In this document: one piece after another, positions 39,956 to 52,654 of the stretch
How positions within the stretch are numbered: the first letter of the stretch is position 1
Layout of the letters: each line of letters starts with the position of its first letter
Source of the DNA: the human T2T-CHM13v2.0 reference genome, Homo sapiens
Reading direction: 5' to 3' (one strand)
Assembly: GCF_009914755.1 (NCBI RefSeq)
Contig: NC_060947.1
Length of the DNA: 64,000 nucleotides
Translations under genes and position numbers: made by a program
Notes under the pieces: model-generated
What the model was told of the DNA's origin: nothing
The model's database searches: none
What the model saw: the letters and a program-made list of their open reading frames with translations, nothing else

Positions 39956-40075
39956 CTTTAAAACCTTCTTCATAAAAGTTCAGAATGAAAAATCAATCAA
40001 TCCATTGCTTGGTAGGTACACTGGCAGATTAGCACAGCTAATAGACCTGGGGTAAACCCAAGTGCCATTATTCAC
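39956..40075 (-). pseudogene. 120-bp exon remnant (VNNGTWVYPRSISCANLPVYLPSNGLIDFSF*TFMKKVLK)
   Basis: Acceptor ttaacttttag; donor AAG|GCGAGT (GC donor or mutated GTGAGT); exactly 40 codons with one TGA. Confidence 0.55.
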
Positions 40076-40827
40076 CTAAAAGTTAAGCCACCTAAGGAAA
40101 TGTGATTTAAAACAAACAAACAAACAAAAAAACAGATTAGCAGTTTTAAGTATTGAGCAGAATGTGTTTCGTTTCTATAGCTGTTCAGCACATAAAGTCC
40201 TAGACTGTCATTGCTGAAAGACCCCACAGATATGGAATCCAAGAACCCTCTCCTCATTTTAGAGATGGGGGAATGAGACCCAGAGAAGGAGAAATGGCAT
40301 GCTTAAAGTCCTTGAGCTAGTTAAAAGAGTTGGGACTAGAGCCCAGAACTGCAGACACACACTCCTTTCTTCGTAACTCCTATTATTTGGAGTTTAATGT
40401 CTAACCAACGCAAAAGGATGGAAAGAACATATGCCTGCAATTACTGTCAAGGTCATTAGAAGGAAGACGACTTCACTACTGCTCCCATCCCCAAGCCCCA
40501 CCCACTTGTCCTCTGTGAGTCTCACCTAGGATAGGGTGCCCCAGGGCTGAGCCCTGACTCCCAACAATGCTCTCTGATATTCATTCAACACATATTTCCT
40601 AAGCCCCTACTCCCCTTAAGTGCCTGCTCTGCAATGTATTTCAAGTCTAAGGGCAAGATAGGGGCAAAAATGGGAAAGCAAATTTCAAGGTCAATAGCCA
40701 GAAAGATCAAAAGCAGGATAAAACCCAGGGGGTTGAGGAAGGTTCAGAACTAAACCTGGGAGGATGAGCGGGTCTGAAACTGTCCTCATATTTGGTGGTT
40801 TGTTTGTATCCTGAGGCAAATGGTAGA

Positions 40828-41184
<357 letters not shown>

Positions 41185-41729
41185 TAAAGGAGTCAAGCAG
41201 GCCAGACCTAATTCTTCACTCATGAGGTTCTATGGACTTGTTCATTGCACAGGTGTGTGGGTATTAGGGTAATCCTGGAAAAGGAGAAATTTACAGTAGC
41301 TTGTTTACTGTCTTGGTCTCATTTCAGTGATTCTAAATATAAGACATTTCTTAAAATTATATTTGTGTTTACTTTACCCTAATAAGGGGGAAACAAGTCA
41401 TATGAAGCATGTTTTAAAATGTCCTCATCAGTGAGTTCTGGCCACCAAAGCTTGGATTCTTTATATTAGTTCACTCGGTCTCACTGCACAAGATAATATG
41501 CCTAAGCCAACAAAAATTAGATGCTCACTTCTTGGAACAGGTCTTAAGCATAAATAGTCCAATAAGAAATAGGTCCTTATCTCTTGCTTAACTATTTTCG
41601 GGACATGGACCAGTGAGAATTAGGAGTATGGGTCCAGTCAGAGGTCTGAATCATAATCACCAAGTGAGGGGGAACTCTACCCAAGAAGCAGGGTGCCAAG
41701 CCGACTGAATAATGGATACCCTCTATACC

Positions 41730-41882
41730 TTGCTACTCCAAGTCAGGTCCTCAAGCCAGCAGCCTCAGTGAACCATGAAGCTTGTTAGAAATGAAAAATC
41801 CCCCCAGACCTACTGAAACAGAATCTGCATTTATTAAGGTCTCCTGGTGTTTATATGCACATTAAAGCCTGAAAAGCCCTGG
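41730..41882. mobile_element. MER5A-like MITE
   Basis: gcttgttagaaatg...ccccagacctactgaaacagaatctgcattt...tatgcacattaaag. Confidence 0.8.
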
Positions 41883-42030
41883 TCATACTACACCTTCATA
41901 TGATAGTACTAGTATCATACTATATGTACATCATGTACTAGTACTAGTATCATACTATGTGTACATGATGCAGTATGATACTAGTACTATCTAGTATGTG
42001 ATGATAGTATCATATACACCTTAGTATGAT
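41883..42030. repeat. Complex direct and inverted repeat patch (TAGTACTAGTATCATACT units)
   Basis: Perfect 20-bp inverted repeat 41902-41921/41972-41991; 20-bp direct repeat 41904-41923/41939-41958. Confidence 0.9.
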
Positions 42031-42344
42031 AATAACAGCAACTAGCATGTATTCAGTGCTTATTGTTTCTGTGTATTCTGCTAAGTGATTTCTACACATT
42101 TCCTTTTAGTGAAGTGGGCTTCCCTTAAGCCAGAGAGCTAGAGGCAGAAAAATGGAACCCGTAAGAGCTGATTCTCTGTTTCAAGCCAGGTTTGAAAAGG
42201 TATTATATGGTTCTGGCCTGAAGACCAGGAAGGTCTCTTGGTCTCTTATATGTCTCTAAACCTTTCTTTAAATGCACATATTTAGTGTGGAGACTGCTTG
42301 AGTCAGTTCTTTTGGAAGGCTGGCATAAACCCCAAATAGAAAAA

Positions 42345-42590
42345 GACTGTGATTCACTATAATGCTGGAAGTTCTAGCTAGTGCAATAAGAAAAGGAAAG
42401 AAAGTAATAGGCATACAATTCTTAAAAGATGAAATAAAGCTTAAAACTGTCCCTATTTTCAAATGACAGTATAGTCTATGAAGAAAATCTCAAGAAATCT
42501 ACATAAACAAAAACAAATAAAACTCCTAGAACTAATCAGGAAGTTCAGCAAGGTTGCAGGATACAACATAGAAGAACAAAAGGATGGTAG
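42345..42590 (+). mobile_element. L1 ORF2 fragment
   Basis: ctggaagttctagctagtgcaataag...aaactcctagaactaat...gttcagcaaggttgcaggataca. Confidence 0.85.
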
Positions 42591-44449
42591 AGCAACATAA
42601 AAATACAGCTTCTGAAATCCGAATGGACTTCACCTTCAACGAGACAGTACCCTCAGCAGTTGTGCTGTGACTCAGGGGGTCTTGGAAAGCCATACTTGCT
42701 CCTCTCTTTCTCTGTGTGCCCACTGCACTTCCTTTAATATTTTAATTCCTTTAAGAAATGAATAGGTAACTTCACCTAACCTTACTTTGAACAAAGGTAG
42801 GTATGTGGTCTTTTCCCACACTCCACAGCCCTCCTAAAATTGTGGCAATCTTCTTTGATTCTTCCAACAATCTGAGATGTAGGTTTGATTAGCATCCCAA
42901 TTGTTTATGTAAGTAACCTGAGGCTCATGAGGAGTAAGCAGGTTGTCCAAGGTTACACAGCTACGAGGAGTGAGTCAGAATTCCAATACAGCTCTCCTCC
43001 GGAGCCTGTGCTCTCAACCCTCTGATACAGTTCTAGTCAATCTTTTGTCTTCACGAAGAGAGAGAAAACGAAGCTTTAATTAGACTACATTATGTCAGAT
43101 CCCTAGGGTTTTTCACAACTTTAATGGAAAAAGAGAGGGCTACAATAATATCTGCCTCATAAGGACCATTTTAAAAAATAATTGAAATACCAGATTCTCA
43201 CCTCTTCACTATAAAGACATTGTACCACTATGTACAGTAAAATCAGATCTTGGAATATTGGAGCTAGAAGGCCTTCCAGGATCATTTAGTTAAACTTCTT
43301 CAATTTACAAACAGGAAAATAGGTCCAGAGAAGAGTAGATCACCCTGCATGTCTAATAAACCCCCATTCCCAGAGCAGTGCTTTTTCTGTGCATACTCTT
43401 CATGTGTATGCCAAAATGTTAGTCACCACTAGGTTTCCAATTTGTATGCCTAAACAACAATTTCTAGAATAATGTCCTAGTGGCCTAAAAGCTTTTCCAT
43501 ATGTCGAGCTGAAATTCTGCTTCCCTCTGTCTCCCCTCAACTCCTGCCGCAATCAGTCCTAATTTGACTCTCTGGAGACATATTCAGGCATTCTTCAGAC
43601 ATTCCAATTTTAAAGCCAGGAAAATACCTGAGTTTGGAATATAAATTCAACAGTCTTTTGCCTCTCATGTGATCATTTCTTCATAACTTCTGCAACTTTA
43701 ATTTATGCTGCACAATGACAGTTTATGCTGTCCGCTTTTCTATGGCCCAACCGATGCTTTCTTGGTCTCAAGTGACCAGTGTAATGCAATCTGACCCAGT
43801 TGGCCTTTGACCAAGACAGGCTAGAAAATCAACTATTTCCAGTAGGTGCACTACACATGTGGAGCCCCCAAGCAACACTTCCCAAAATTGCAAAATGAAC
43901 AAAACTCTAGATCCCAGAAATGCAGGAATTACTAAAGAGAGGAATGCTTGTCGAGACTAGCCATCTTTTGTACAGGCCTTCTGTGCAGGCCTTTTGTACA
44001 GGCCTGACCTGTGCAGACTACAGTGACATGAAGCATCTTATCAAGCTGAGGTTTCTACCTCAATATGGGTACCTATATGGAGCTTTAGATGTCTATGATT
44101 ATGTTCTAAATGTGCCTTATTGGCAGTCAAGACAACCTAACTACCTCAGCTTGGCCATAGGTTCTAGAATCTCTCAGTGGAAGGGAAAGAGGAAAGCACC
44201 ATCCATTTGAAACCTCCATCCAGTGAAAGCTTTTTACCTACAATAAAAGCTCCAATAAGCTTTTTTTCTTAATAATAATAATAATCTCCAATAAGCCACC
44301 ATTAGGCCCTGCTTCTGTCCAGCCCCACTCCCCTCCCTTCTCTCAGCAGACAAGGACTTGAGAGGGTAAGAGGGTCAAGGGAAGGCCATAGGGAGGGAGG
44401 AAGGTAAGGTATTTTACCTTCTCAAATTGTTTTCCCATTCTCCCCCTTC

Positions 44450-45330
44450 CTTTTTAGTCAAGTTTCTCCCCAAAATAGGCCATTCTTTCTACCTCTACTA
44501 ATTATTTCTTAATCTCTAGAAGCCTGGCTTCTGTCTCTATCTTTTACCAAAACTGTTCTCTCAGCATCTACCAATAAGCTCCTGAATGCAAAATCCAAAG
44601 TTATTTTTTTGTTTCTCAACTTCCCAGACACCTTGGCAGCTTCTGATACTACTGACAATGTCTTTTTTCTTGAATCTCTTGTTTAAGCTTCTGGAACGCT
44701 ACATGCTTTTGCATTTCCTTTCATCTCCTAGGCCGCTTCCCTGTATCTTCTTTGTTTCCTTTGTTTGCCAACAGCAAATGTGGCTATTCTCTAATATTCT
44801 CTTCTCAGCGTATTCATTATCTCCTTCGATTCAAAACTCTCTTGCTTGTAAATAACTTATAATTCCTAATCTGCAGCCCAGATCTCTTTTTCAGCTCTAA
44901 ACTCATGTCTATCGGACACTGCTACCTGAATGTCACAATGGCATATCAGACTCAACATGTCCAAACCCATACTCAACTTAGCCTCACCTCTGAAATTTGA
45001 TAGCCCCACCGTGTGACCTATCTTAGTTCATAATACTAACATCCAGTTAGTGTCTTACAAATAAAACCCCAATCATCTAACTCTCCTTCTTTCTGCTCCA
45101 CATTGCAACTCGTTTCCAGCAGAGTTGATTCTACTTGTACCATTTCTCTCACATCTGTCTCTTCCATTTTATTGTCACTGCCATCATCTCAGTTTTTAAA
45201 ATCCGGGTTATACTACAATATCGTCCTAACTAATCTTTCAGTATCAAATCTCCTACCTGCAACTTTTAGAATAACTATCATGTGTTACTATTTTGATTTT
45301 GTCATTCCTCTGCTCAAACATTTTAAATTC
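44450..45330 (+). mobile_element. LINE-2 fragment
   Basis: ctcaacatgtccaaacc and gtcattcctctgctcaaac motifs. Confidence 0.7.
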
Positions 45331-45342
45331 CCCGTTGCCCAG

Positions 45343-45762
45343 CCCAAGTGTCAGCAAACTTTTTCAAAATGTAAACAGCAAATACTGTTGAAGTGCTATA
45401 CTCAGAACTTAATTTCCCAATGTCAACACTGAACCTATGGAAGGTAATGGGCAAAGAAGAGATGTTTTGCTTTTCAGTGAAAAGTAATGACTGTAAAATT
45501 TCTGTGTTGTGAATTCATTTTTTTCACTTGCTTATATTTCTAATGTACATTATTTTATATATGAATATATTGTTATAGTCATGGACTTTATGGACTAGAT
45601 CATCTCTGTCACAATTACTCAACTGTGCTGTTACAGCATGAAAACAAGCATAGGCAACTTGTAAATGAATTAGTCTAGCAGTGTTCTAATACAATTTTGT
45701 TTTCCAAAAAAAAGCAGCCAGCTGGATTTGACCCAAGGGCCATAGTTTGCCTACTCCTGATC
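45343..45762. mobile_element. MER58-like MITE carrying a foreign insert of about 180 bp
   Basis: Ends caagtgtcagcaaactttt and ggccatagtttgcctactcctg. Confidence 0.75.
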
Positions 45763-47659
45763 TAGACAGAATAAGTTTACTTTTCAGGAGTTTGGCATTA
45801 AAAATCCACCATAAGTTTATAGGCCATTACTTTCCAACATAAACCCTATTTTTCTAAACAAGCTACAGATACATTGTAGTTCGCTGAACATACTTTCCCA
45901 ACCCCATGCCTTTTTCCATGCTGTTCCCTCCACCTGCAGTGCTCTGCCCTTCAGTCTCTCCATCTCTTGAGGCTTTGGAATGTGGGACACTATATGTGCT
46001 GTTTGCTTTCAAGGGCCAGAAGTCAAAGCACACTAACATAGAGACACACATCATTTGCGAAGTTCGTAAGCCAGGACTTGGTAAGGTGTTCACATTAAAA
46101 CACAAATTCAATATTGCTGATGAACTCAAATTATCTGCCCTGATGATTTAGCCCATACATCATGGAAATAAGGCAGGAAGTGCCATACTCAGCACTTTGT
46201 TTTCCAATGCCAATATTGAGCCTGTGGAAGGTAATAGGCAAAGAAGAGACATTTTGCTTTCCAGTGAAATGTAATGACTATAAAATCTGACTGTGTTGTG
46301 AATTCTTTTTTTCCCTCTTGCTTATACTTCTAATGTGCTTTATTTTATATATTTGTATAATATATTGTCACTTATTCTAGGACCACCAGAAATATACAGA
46401 AAGCATGCAAAGATGATTATGAATTATAAAAGACAATGTGTTATTCTTTATATACTTTCATGTATTATTTCACCTGATGAATTTTCATAAATATTACCTG
46501 TGGAGGACAGAAGACTTACTTCCATAGGATTGCCAGAAGCTAAACAAATTTAATGTGAAATTCACCTGGTACTCATTAAATAAAAGATCCATTAAAGATA
46601 TACCAATTCAAAAAGATTTCCAGCTCAGTATAATCTATTTATTTGTAGAGCAAACAACCATAACATCTATATTTGCTACATGCTAAAAGTCTCCAAGAGG
46701 TCAAATTTATAAAGAGTACTCTCAACAATCAGACATTACTGGAGTCTCTGAATGTTTACCTCTTTACTTAATTAGGAAGAACTGCCATAGCTCTTAATAT
46801 CTAATTCTCAATGGGAAGTTAAATATTAATACTAATTATCAATTTAATTCTAATAGTCACTAGTGACTTGTGCCCCCCAAGAAAGATATATCCCTTGAGA
46901 AAATCTTATAGTACACAAAATGCATTTTTATTGTCAAGCATTTCAATAACTGTTTTTAGGTCTGTATAACAAATACTGCAGTGGACCCAACTCTCTTAAG
47001 TTAAACTAATCTTGATGGCACAAGAAAAATATGGTGTATGTTAAATTGATTCAAATTATATAAAACTCAAGAGAACATCAGTAAGACTCTCTTCCTCAGG
47101 ATTAAAAAAAACGTTGAAAGAACTTTGATATGGGCCCTAAAGCCAAAACCATTGTGTACAAACTTTGGAAAAGAATGCAGGATTGTCAGGTGGCAAAATA
47201 GCACTGCTACCTAGAGGTTTCTCTGATCTAATTTTTTTCCACTGATACTCCAAAAAATCTTTTAGGGAGGATAAATTGAATGGCCTGACCTAGAAATTAG
47301 GGCAGGAGATCCATAATACCTTTATTAAGTATACACACATTAAAAGAAACTCTTTCATAGGTTATTTGGCAAATAGCATCCCCAAAGCCTGCTGCTTTTG
47401 AAAGTGAGGATGTACTAAAATGTCACTTTTTAAAAATGTCACTATTGCCCACAATCCCTGGAATTTGCACACACATTTTTCTGTAGAAAGTTTACATTAT
47501 GCCTAATGTGTCTAAATGCAAAGGGTTATTATGAGATTAGAGAGAAAATTGTTCATGATTGTTCACCAGCCCAATTTGAGTTTTGACCAAGTTTCTGAAT
47601 TTGTCCAACTTCACGTTTTTAAGAAATGTAAAAGAATGTAACTCACACTGAAGAGATGC

Positions 47660-48016
47660 TGTATTAGACGGTTTTCACATGGCTACAAAGAAATATCCAA
47701 GACTGGGTAATTTATAAAAGAATAGGTTTAACTGACTCACAGTTCCACATGGCTGGGGAGGCCTCAGGAAACTTGCAATCATGTCATCATGGTGGAAGGG
47801 GAAGCAGGCATGTCTTACATGGCAGCAGACAAGAGGGAGAGCATGCAAGAGCAGGGAACTGTGCCTTATAAAACCATCAGATCTTGTGAGAAATCACTAT
47901 CACGAGAACAACATGAAGGAAACTGCCCCCATGATCCAATCACTTCCCTCCCTCAACACATGAGGATTACAATTCGAGATGAGATTTGGGTGGGGACAAA
48001 GAGCCAAACCATATCA
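47660..48016 (-). mobile_element. THE1/MST solo LTR
   Basis: tgtattag...aaaccatatca; TSD gatgc/gatcc. Confidence 0.92.
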
Positions 48017-48469
48017 GATCCTCTCACAAAATGTTGAGGTGGATATGAATTAAGATTCAAGTTCGTTATAGCACTCTCCATATTTTTATAATCTATTTTT
48101 ATTGCCTGGGCCTTTTATGTGAACCGTCCTGGATACAAGGTTATTACAAATCATGTTTTCAGTTGCCATAGTGCTTTCTATTTTAAAACAAGTAAATGTA
48201 GCTATCTCTTTAACAAAAACATTTTTCTCTAAGGAATTGGTAGATCCGTAATGTATTGTGCACGCCAGAGAGGTCTGCTTGATAGGAGAATTCTGGATGG
48301 ACCAGAAAGAAGGGAAGTTCAAAATATTATTGTCTTCCTTCTATTCTGTTAGTTGCCATTGTCATATCACTTTCTTAGAACTATGATTAATATTTCTGTA
48401 ATTTTTTGGTGAGATGTAAGTACTGTGAAAGATATTTGTTTTTAATTTTTAAATAAAATAAATGAGCAC

Positions 48470-48641
48470 CCACAGGGAGAGGTCAGCAACAGAGATTTGT
48501 GTGCTAGTCCTTGACCTAGATTCTTCTTCTTAGTCATCTTGCCTGTACAAGGCATGATCAACTTCTGGTCAGCATCTCGCCATCTAGCTTGGTGACAGGG
48601 TTTGCACAGCTCTTTGGCTTTGAACACACCACTCAGATCTC
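48470..48641 (-). pseudogene. Exon remnant (GDLSGVFKAKELCKPCHQARWRDADQKLIMPCTGKMTKKKNLGQGLAHKSLLLTSPC)
   Basis: Acceptor ccttctcccttgccaattag; fully open frame (track ORF 48442..48627); weak donor. Confidence 0.5.
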
Positions 48642-50357
48642 CTAATTGGCAAGGGAGAAGGTATAGAGGTGGCCGAAACCCAAAGAGGCTACGCTTTCAT
48701 TGTCTGCTCAGTCTGCTACCAACATTCTGACCAGTGCCTCCCAGACTCCAAAACCAACCCCATGCTTCCGTGGGAGAGAAATTGTGAGTGCTCATCTTCT
48801 GACTATGCCTGAATTGATAACTAACATATCTAACTCATATCTAACTACTCCTTCACCTTTTTTTCTTTCTTTCTGGCACCAAGAATGGGGAAGATTCATT
48901 TCCCACTTTCAGACATAGGACAGTCAGGGAAGGTTTCAATTAGTCCGTGGTCTAGTTATTGCTTATCAGTGATCACCAAGGAAGCTTCCCTCTGCAGCTG
49001 AGTGCTGGAAACTCCTTGGACCACACAAGACTGTTAATGGTGTCCTGGAAACTCTCACTTCACTTCAACTTCCTTAACTAGCTGACATCTGTCATCCCAG
49101 GCACAATAACGTTTCCTCAAAAATAATGTAAATGGACAAGAAATTCAAGAGAAATTAATTTTTTAACCATATCCAAAACCTCTATTTAACAAATAGCAAT
49201 TCAGAGGATGAAAGATGAATGGCACGACTTGGCAGAATTAGACCAGTGCTGGAGTTAAGTTTACTCAGGGTTCCCTTTGAAGGCTTTGACCATATTGCAG
49301 GTTTGGCTTCTAGGGGAAGCACTTGCTACCACACTTTTGGCTCCTTTGGAATTAGTGAAGGTACAGGAACTGTATGAGATAAAAGAGAGGCAGACAGCTA
49401 ATCATCAGAGGCAGTATGGCAAGGTGATGGGGATACTATAAGAGAAAGAAATCATTAGTGGGAAATTTTTCCATAGTTAACCAAGGAGTTTGTGGTATGA
49501 ATCCTCTCTTCCGTGTTTGCTATGAAATCTTCAGTAATATCCTTACCACACACTACCATATTTGTGGAAGTGGATATTTTAGGGGAACAAGATGAGGAGT
49601 TGAATCCTACATCCAGGATTGTTTAGGGCAAAACAAGACATGCAGAAGCCAAGGAACAAAATGAAAGTTCATATTTTGCTTATACAGGCAAAATAAATAG
49701 AAGGAATACAGATTAGAAGGAAAGAAATCTCTATCTCATGCCATGATTTTGGTGAAAGGGCTCTTTGCAGATATATACGAATCCCTGGACCAGGTTGATG
49801 CAGGCATCTAAAGTGTTCCCCAGAACCTGAAAGTGAGGATGTACATTAAAGCAAATCCATTTCTCCTTTGGCAGAGAGCCCAAACCCAATCAGGTTGAGA
49901 AGGACTGAGTCCATTATTGTACACCCTCAAAACTCTAGGATTACCTTTCTGTGTGATCCTCTGGGTCACATATGCTAGCTCATCTTACTCTGTTCCTTTG
50001 ATTTCCCTGATAGGTAATTTTGTAGACCCCAAGGGCTAGATTGTGACAGTCTTTCTTTTAAAGACAAACACTTGGGTACTTCTGGATGTTCAGCAAATGT
50101 TCTTGAAAACACTCTGTGTTTTCAAAACTATCTTGGAACAAAATATGAGTGGAAATGTGTCATCCCAGTCCTCTCTCCAGCACCCTGCCCCTGAGATGTA
50201 TTGGTCTTGATCCAACTGCCCCTGCTATGTGCCCATTCTTTCAAGGACTGCAAGGGAAAACATGTCTTGGCTTCAGCTGAAGAGCTGTCTCTTCCCAACC
50301 CTTAACTCTGGACCTGAAATGCAGGTCTCATCAAACTTACACCTTTTTCATAACATC

Positions 50358-50831
50358 TGTGGTTGGCAGAATAATGCCCTCCCTGCAAAAGATGTCCAAT
50401 TTCTTATTCACAAAATTTGTGACTATGTTGTGATATGTGACAAAAGGGACTTAGCAGATGTGATTGAGTTAAGGAAATTAAAATCGGGGATTATCCTGGA
50501 TTATTTGAGCGAGCCCAATAACAACAGTCTTTATATGGGAAGGAGGGAGGCAGGAGGGTCAGAGTCAGAGAAGGAGACGTGAAGTTGAGTGATGTGAGGA
50601 AGGAACCATGAACCGAAGAATGCAGGCATCCTCTGGAAGCTGGAAAATGTAAGAATACAAATTCTCTCCTAGAGTCTTTAGAAGGTACCAGCCCTGCCAA
50701 CACCTTGACTTCAGCCCAGTGAGACTCAATCTGGACTACTCAGCTGCAGAACTATAAGAGAATAAATTTTCATTGTTTTTAGCCACTAAGTTTGTGGAAA
50801 TTTGTTACAGCAGCCATGATAAACTAATAAA
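50358..50831 (+). mobile_element. MLT1C/D-like solo LTR
   Basis: tgtggttggcagaataatg...gccctgccaacaccttgact...aaactaataa. Confidence 0.88.
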
Positions 50832-51063
50832 GCAGTGTGTAGCCATTTGAACTTGGGAAATGTGTACTTCCTAACAAAAGGAAACAGAAAAAGGTAAAAT
50901 GCGCATTGCTTATTGAACACCTATTTTATGTCAGGCGCATACCATGCATAATCTCATGGGCTTTTTATAACGAATCAGTGGATGTATTCCATTTATCAGA
51001 TAGAGAAATGGAGCTTTAAAAGTGAAGAAATATGTTCAAGATGTTATCGTTGCCATGTGTCAT

Positions 51064-51133
51064 GCAGCCTGGGCGACAGAGCAAGACTCCATCTCAAAAA
51101 ACAAAAAAAAAACAAAACACACAAACAAAAAAA
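51064..51133 (+). mobile_element. Alu 3' fragment with A-rich tail
   Basis: cagcctgggcgacagagcaagactccatctcaaaaaa. Confidence 0.85.
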
Positions 51134-51283
51134 CCTTTATCTAGGAGTCGCCTTTTATAATCGAGTCTTATATTTATTTACATTTACAGAGCAAAGTGGA
51201 TTCCCTGGACTATTTTCTATCTCAAACATATGCCACCATCTTGATAAGAGGTCCTCTTCCAGAATTCAGTAAATAAAGAGAAC

Positions 51284-51472
51284 CTGTCTGGTAGCTGTTG
51301 TTAGTCGGTAGAAAGGAATATGCACAGGGAACCACAGGAGGACAAGCTCAATCCTATGAGGTAGACGCTAGTACAAACCAGCTTGTGATAGAGAATATAA
51401 GACACAAGAAGCAGCATTTTGCTTAAAGCTTTGGATATTTCCATAGCATCCATCAACATCTCAGGATACTTC
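51284..51472 (-). pseudogene. 189-bp exon remnant (63 codons, phase 0-0, two stops)
   Basis: EVS*DVDGCYGNIQSFKQNAASCVLYSLSQAGLY*RLPHRIELVLLWFPVHIPFYRLTTATRQ; pyrimidine tract with degraded AG, donor CAG|GT; an alternative open frame (track ORF 51301..51522) also exists. Confidence 0.45.
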
Positions 51473-51690
51473 CCAGGAAATAGAATGTAATTAATATGAA
51501 GATATAATTTTCTCAATCGCACAGTGACTGGACTATCTGAGGCAACTATGTGGCAACAGATGGGTGAGGCCTGCTTGGAATCAAGCCAAAGAAGTGAGAG
51601 TTGGAATGAGTCCCAAGTCTGTAGCCTTGCCTGAGCACAGGGGCCCTGGTCATCAAAAACTACTACTAATAATAATAATTATCATCTCAT

Positions 51691-51816
51691 TCCTAGTGTC
51701 ATCAACTGTGACAGCTGATGACACTGACCATGAAGGCCATCAAATTTTCTCTGCTCTGAGTTTACGCTCCCCAGGTCACCTCCTGCTAGAAGCTTTGCTT
51801 CCTTTTGTATAGTTTT
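51691..51816 (-). pseudogene. 126-bp exon remnant (KTIQKEAKLLAGGDLGSVNSEQRKFDGLHGQCHQLSQLMTLG)
   Basis: Acceptor ctattctctgccctttag; 42 open codons; donor ATGAGA (possibly mutated GTGAGA). Confidence 0.55.
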
Positions 51817-52654
51817 CTAAAGGGCAGAGAATAGTTTCAGTTTCTCAGTTTAAATTCTGTGTTTCCATCATGGTCTATACTGTTAGGGTCTCATCTTAAA
51901 AAAATAGTTTTCTATTCAGATGTGTTGAGTCTATGGGGAAAAAATCGTTTTCTGTTTTGGGCTCCACGCTTAACCCCTGATTAAGACAACCTAGTTACTA
52001 TTTCTTCCTTTTTGATCTCCTGGGCCCCTGCATGCTTTATCTAGTGCCATTTGGTTGCTATCTATGGTTCATTTGCCCCCAGATAGTTTACCTTCTATCT
52101 AGCTAATATGCAGAAGTTCTAAAATCCTGGACATTTGACTGATTATTGATGCTGGGTAAAGAAGAAGGGCCCAAGTCAATCACGAAGGTGACTGGTCTTT
52201 AAAGCTCCATCCTGTAGGTCCTTATAAGCAGAGCATCAACAAGAGGAAAACAACATCCTGAACAAATATCTTCAAATTATAAAATATGAGTGCTAGTTTG
52301 GATTTAGGTGCAAAACATTAACATCCCAAGTCCCATTGTGCTCAAGGCACTGTGACATGCATAAAGTCTTTGCAGAAGCTGGGAAATCACGCAGGTATTT
52401 GTTTTCTTTTATACTTCCTCCTCTAGACCCTAAGAGCTAGAATTCTTGAAAAGACTGAGAACTCTATCAGTCTCTTGTGAATCTGGTTAACTGAGTCAGC
52501 CCCCATAGCTTGATTTCCTCGGTGTTCACTGACCCATTCCAAGCCCTGAACCGATAAGGCCAGGAACCAGACCTAAAGTTATTGGGACCTCACCAAGGAA
52601 TGTCACTGTATGAGGCTAAGTATCTCTTGAACTTATATTATTTTTAAAATTCTG

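Noticed and set aside
43920-44210. 96-aa plus-strand ORF
   Set aside because: No homology recognised; contains a small local duplication (cttttgtacaggcc twice); no exon context
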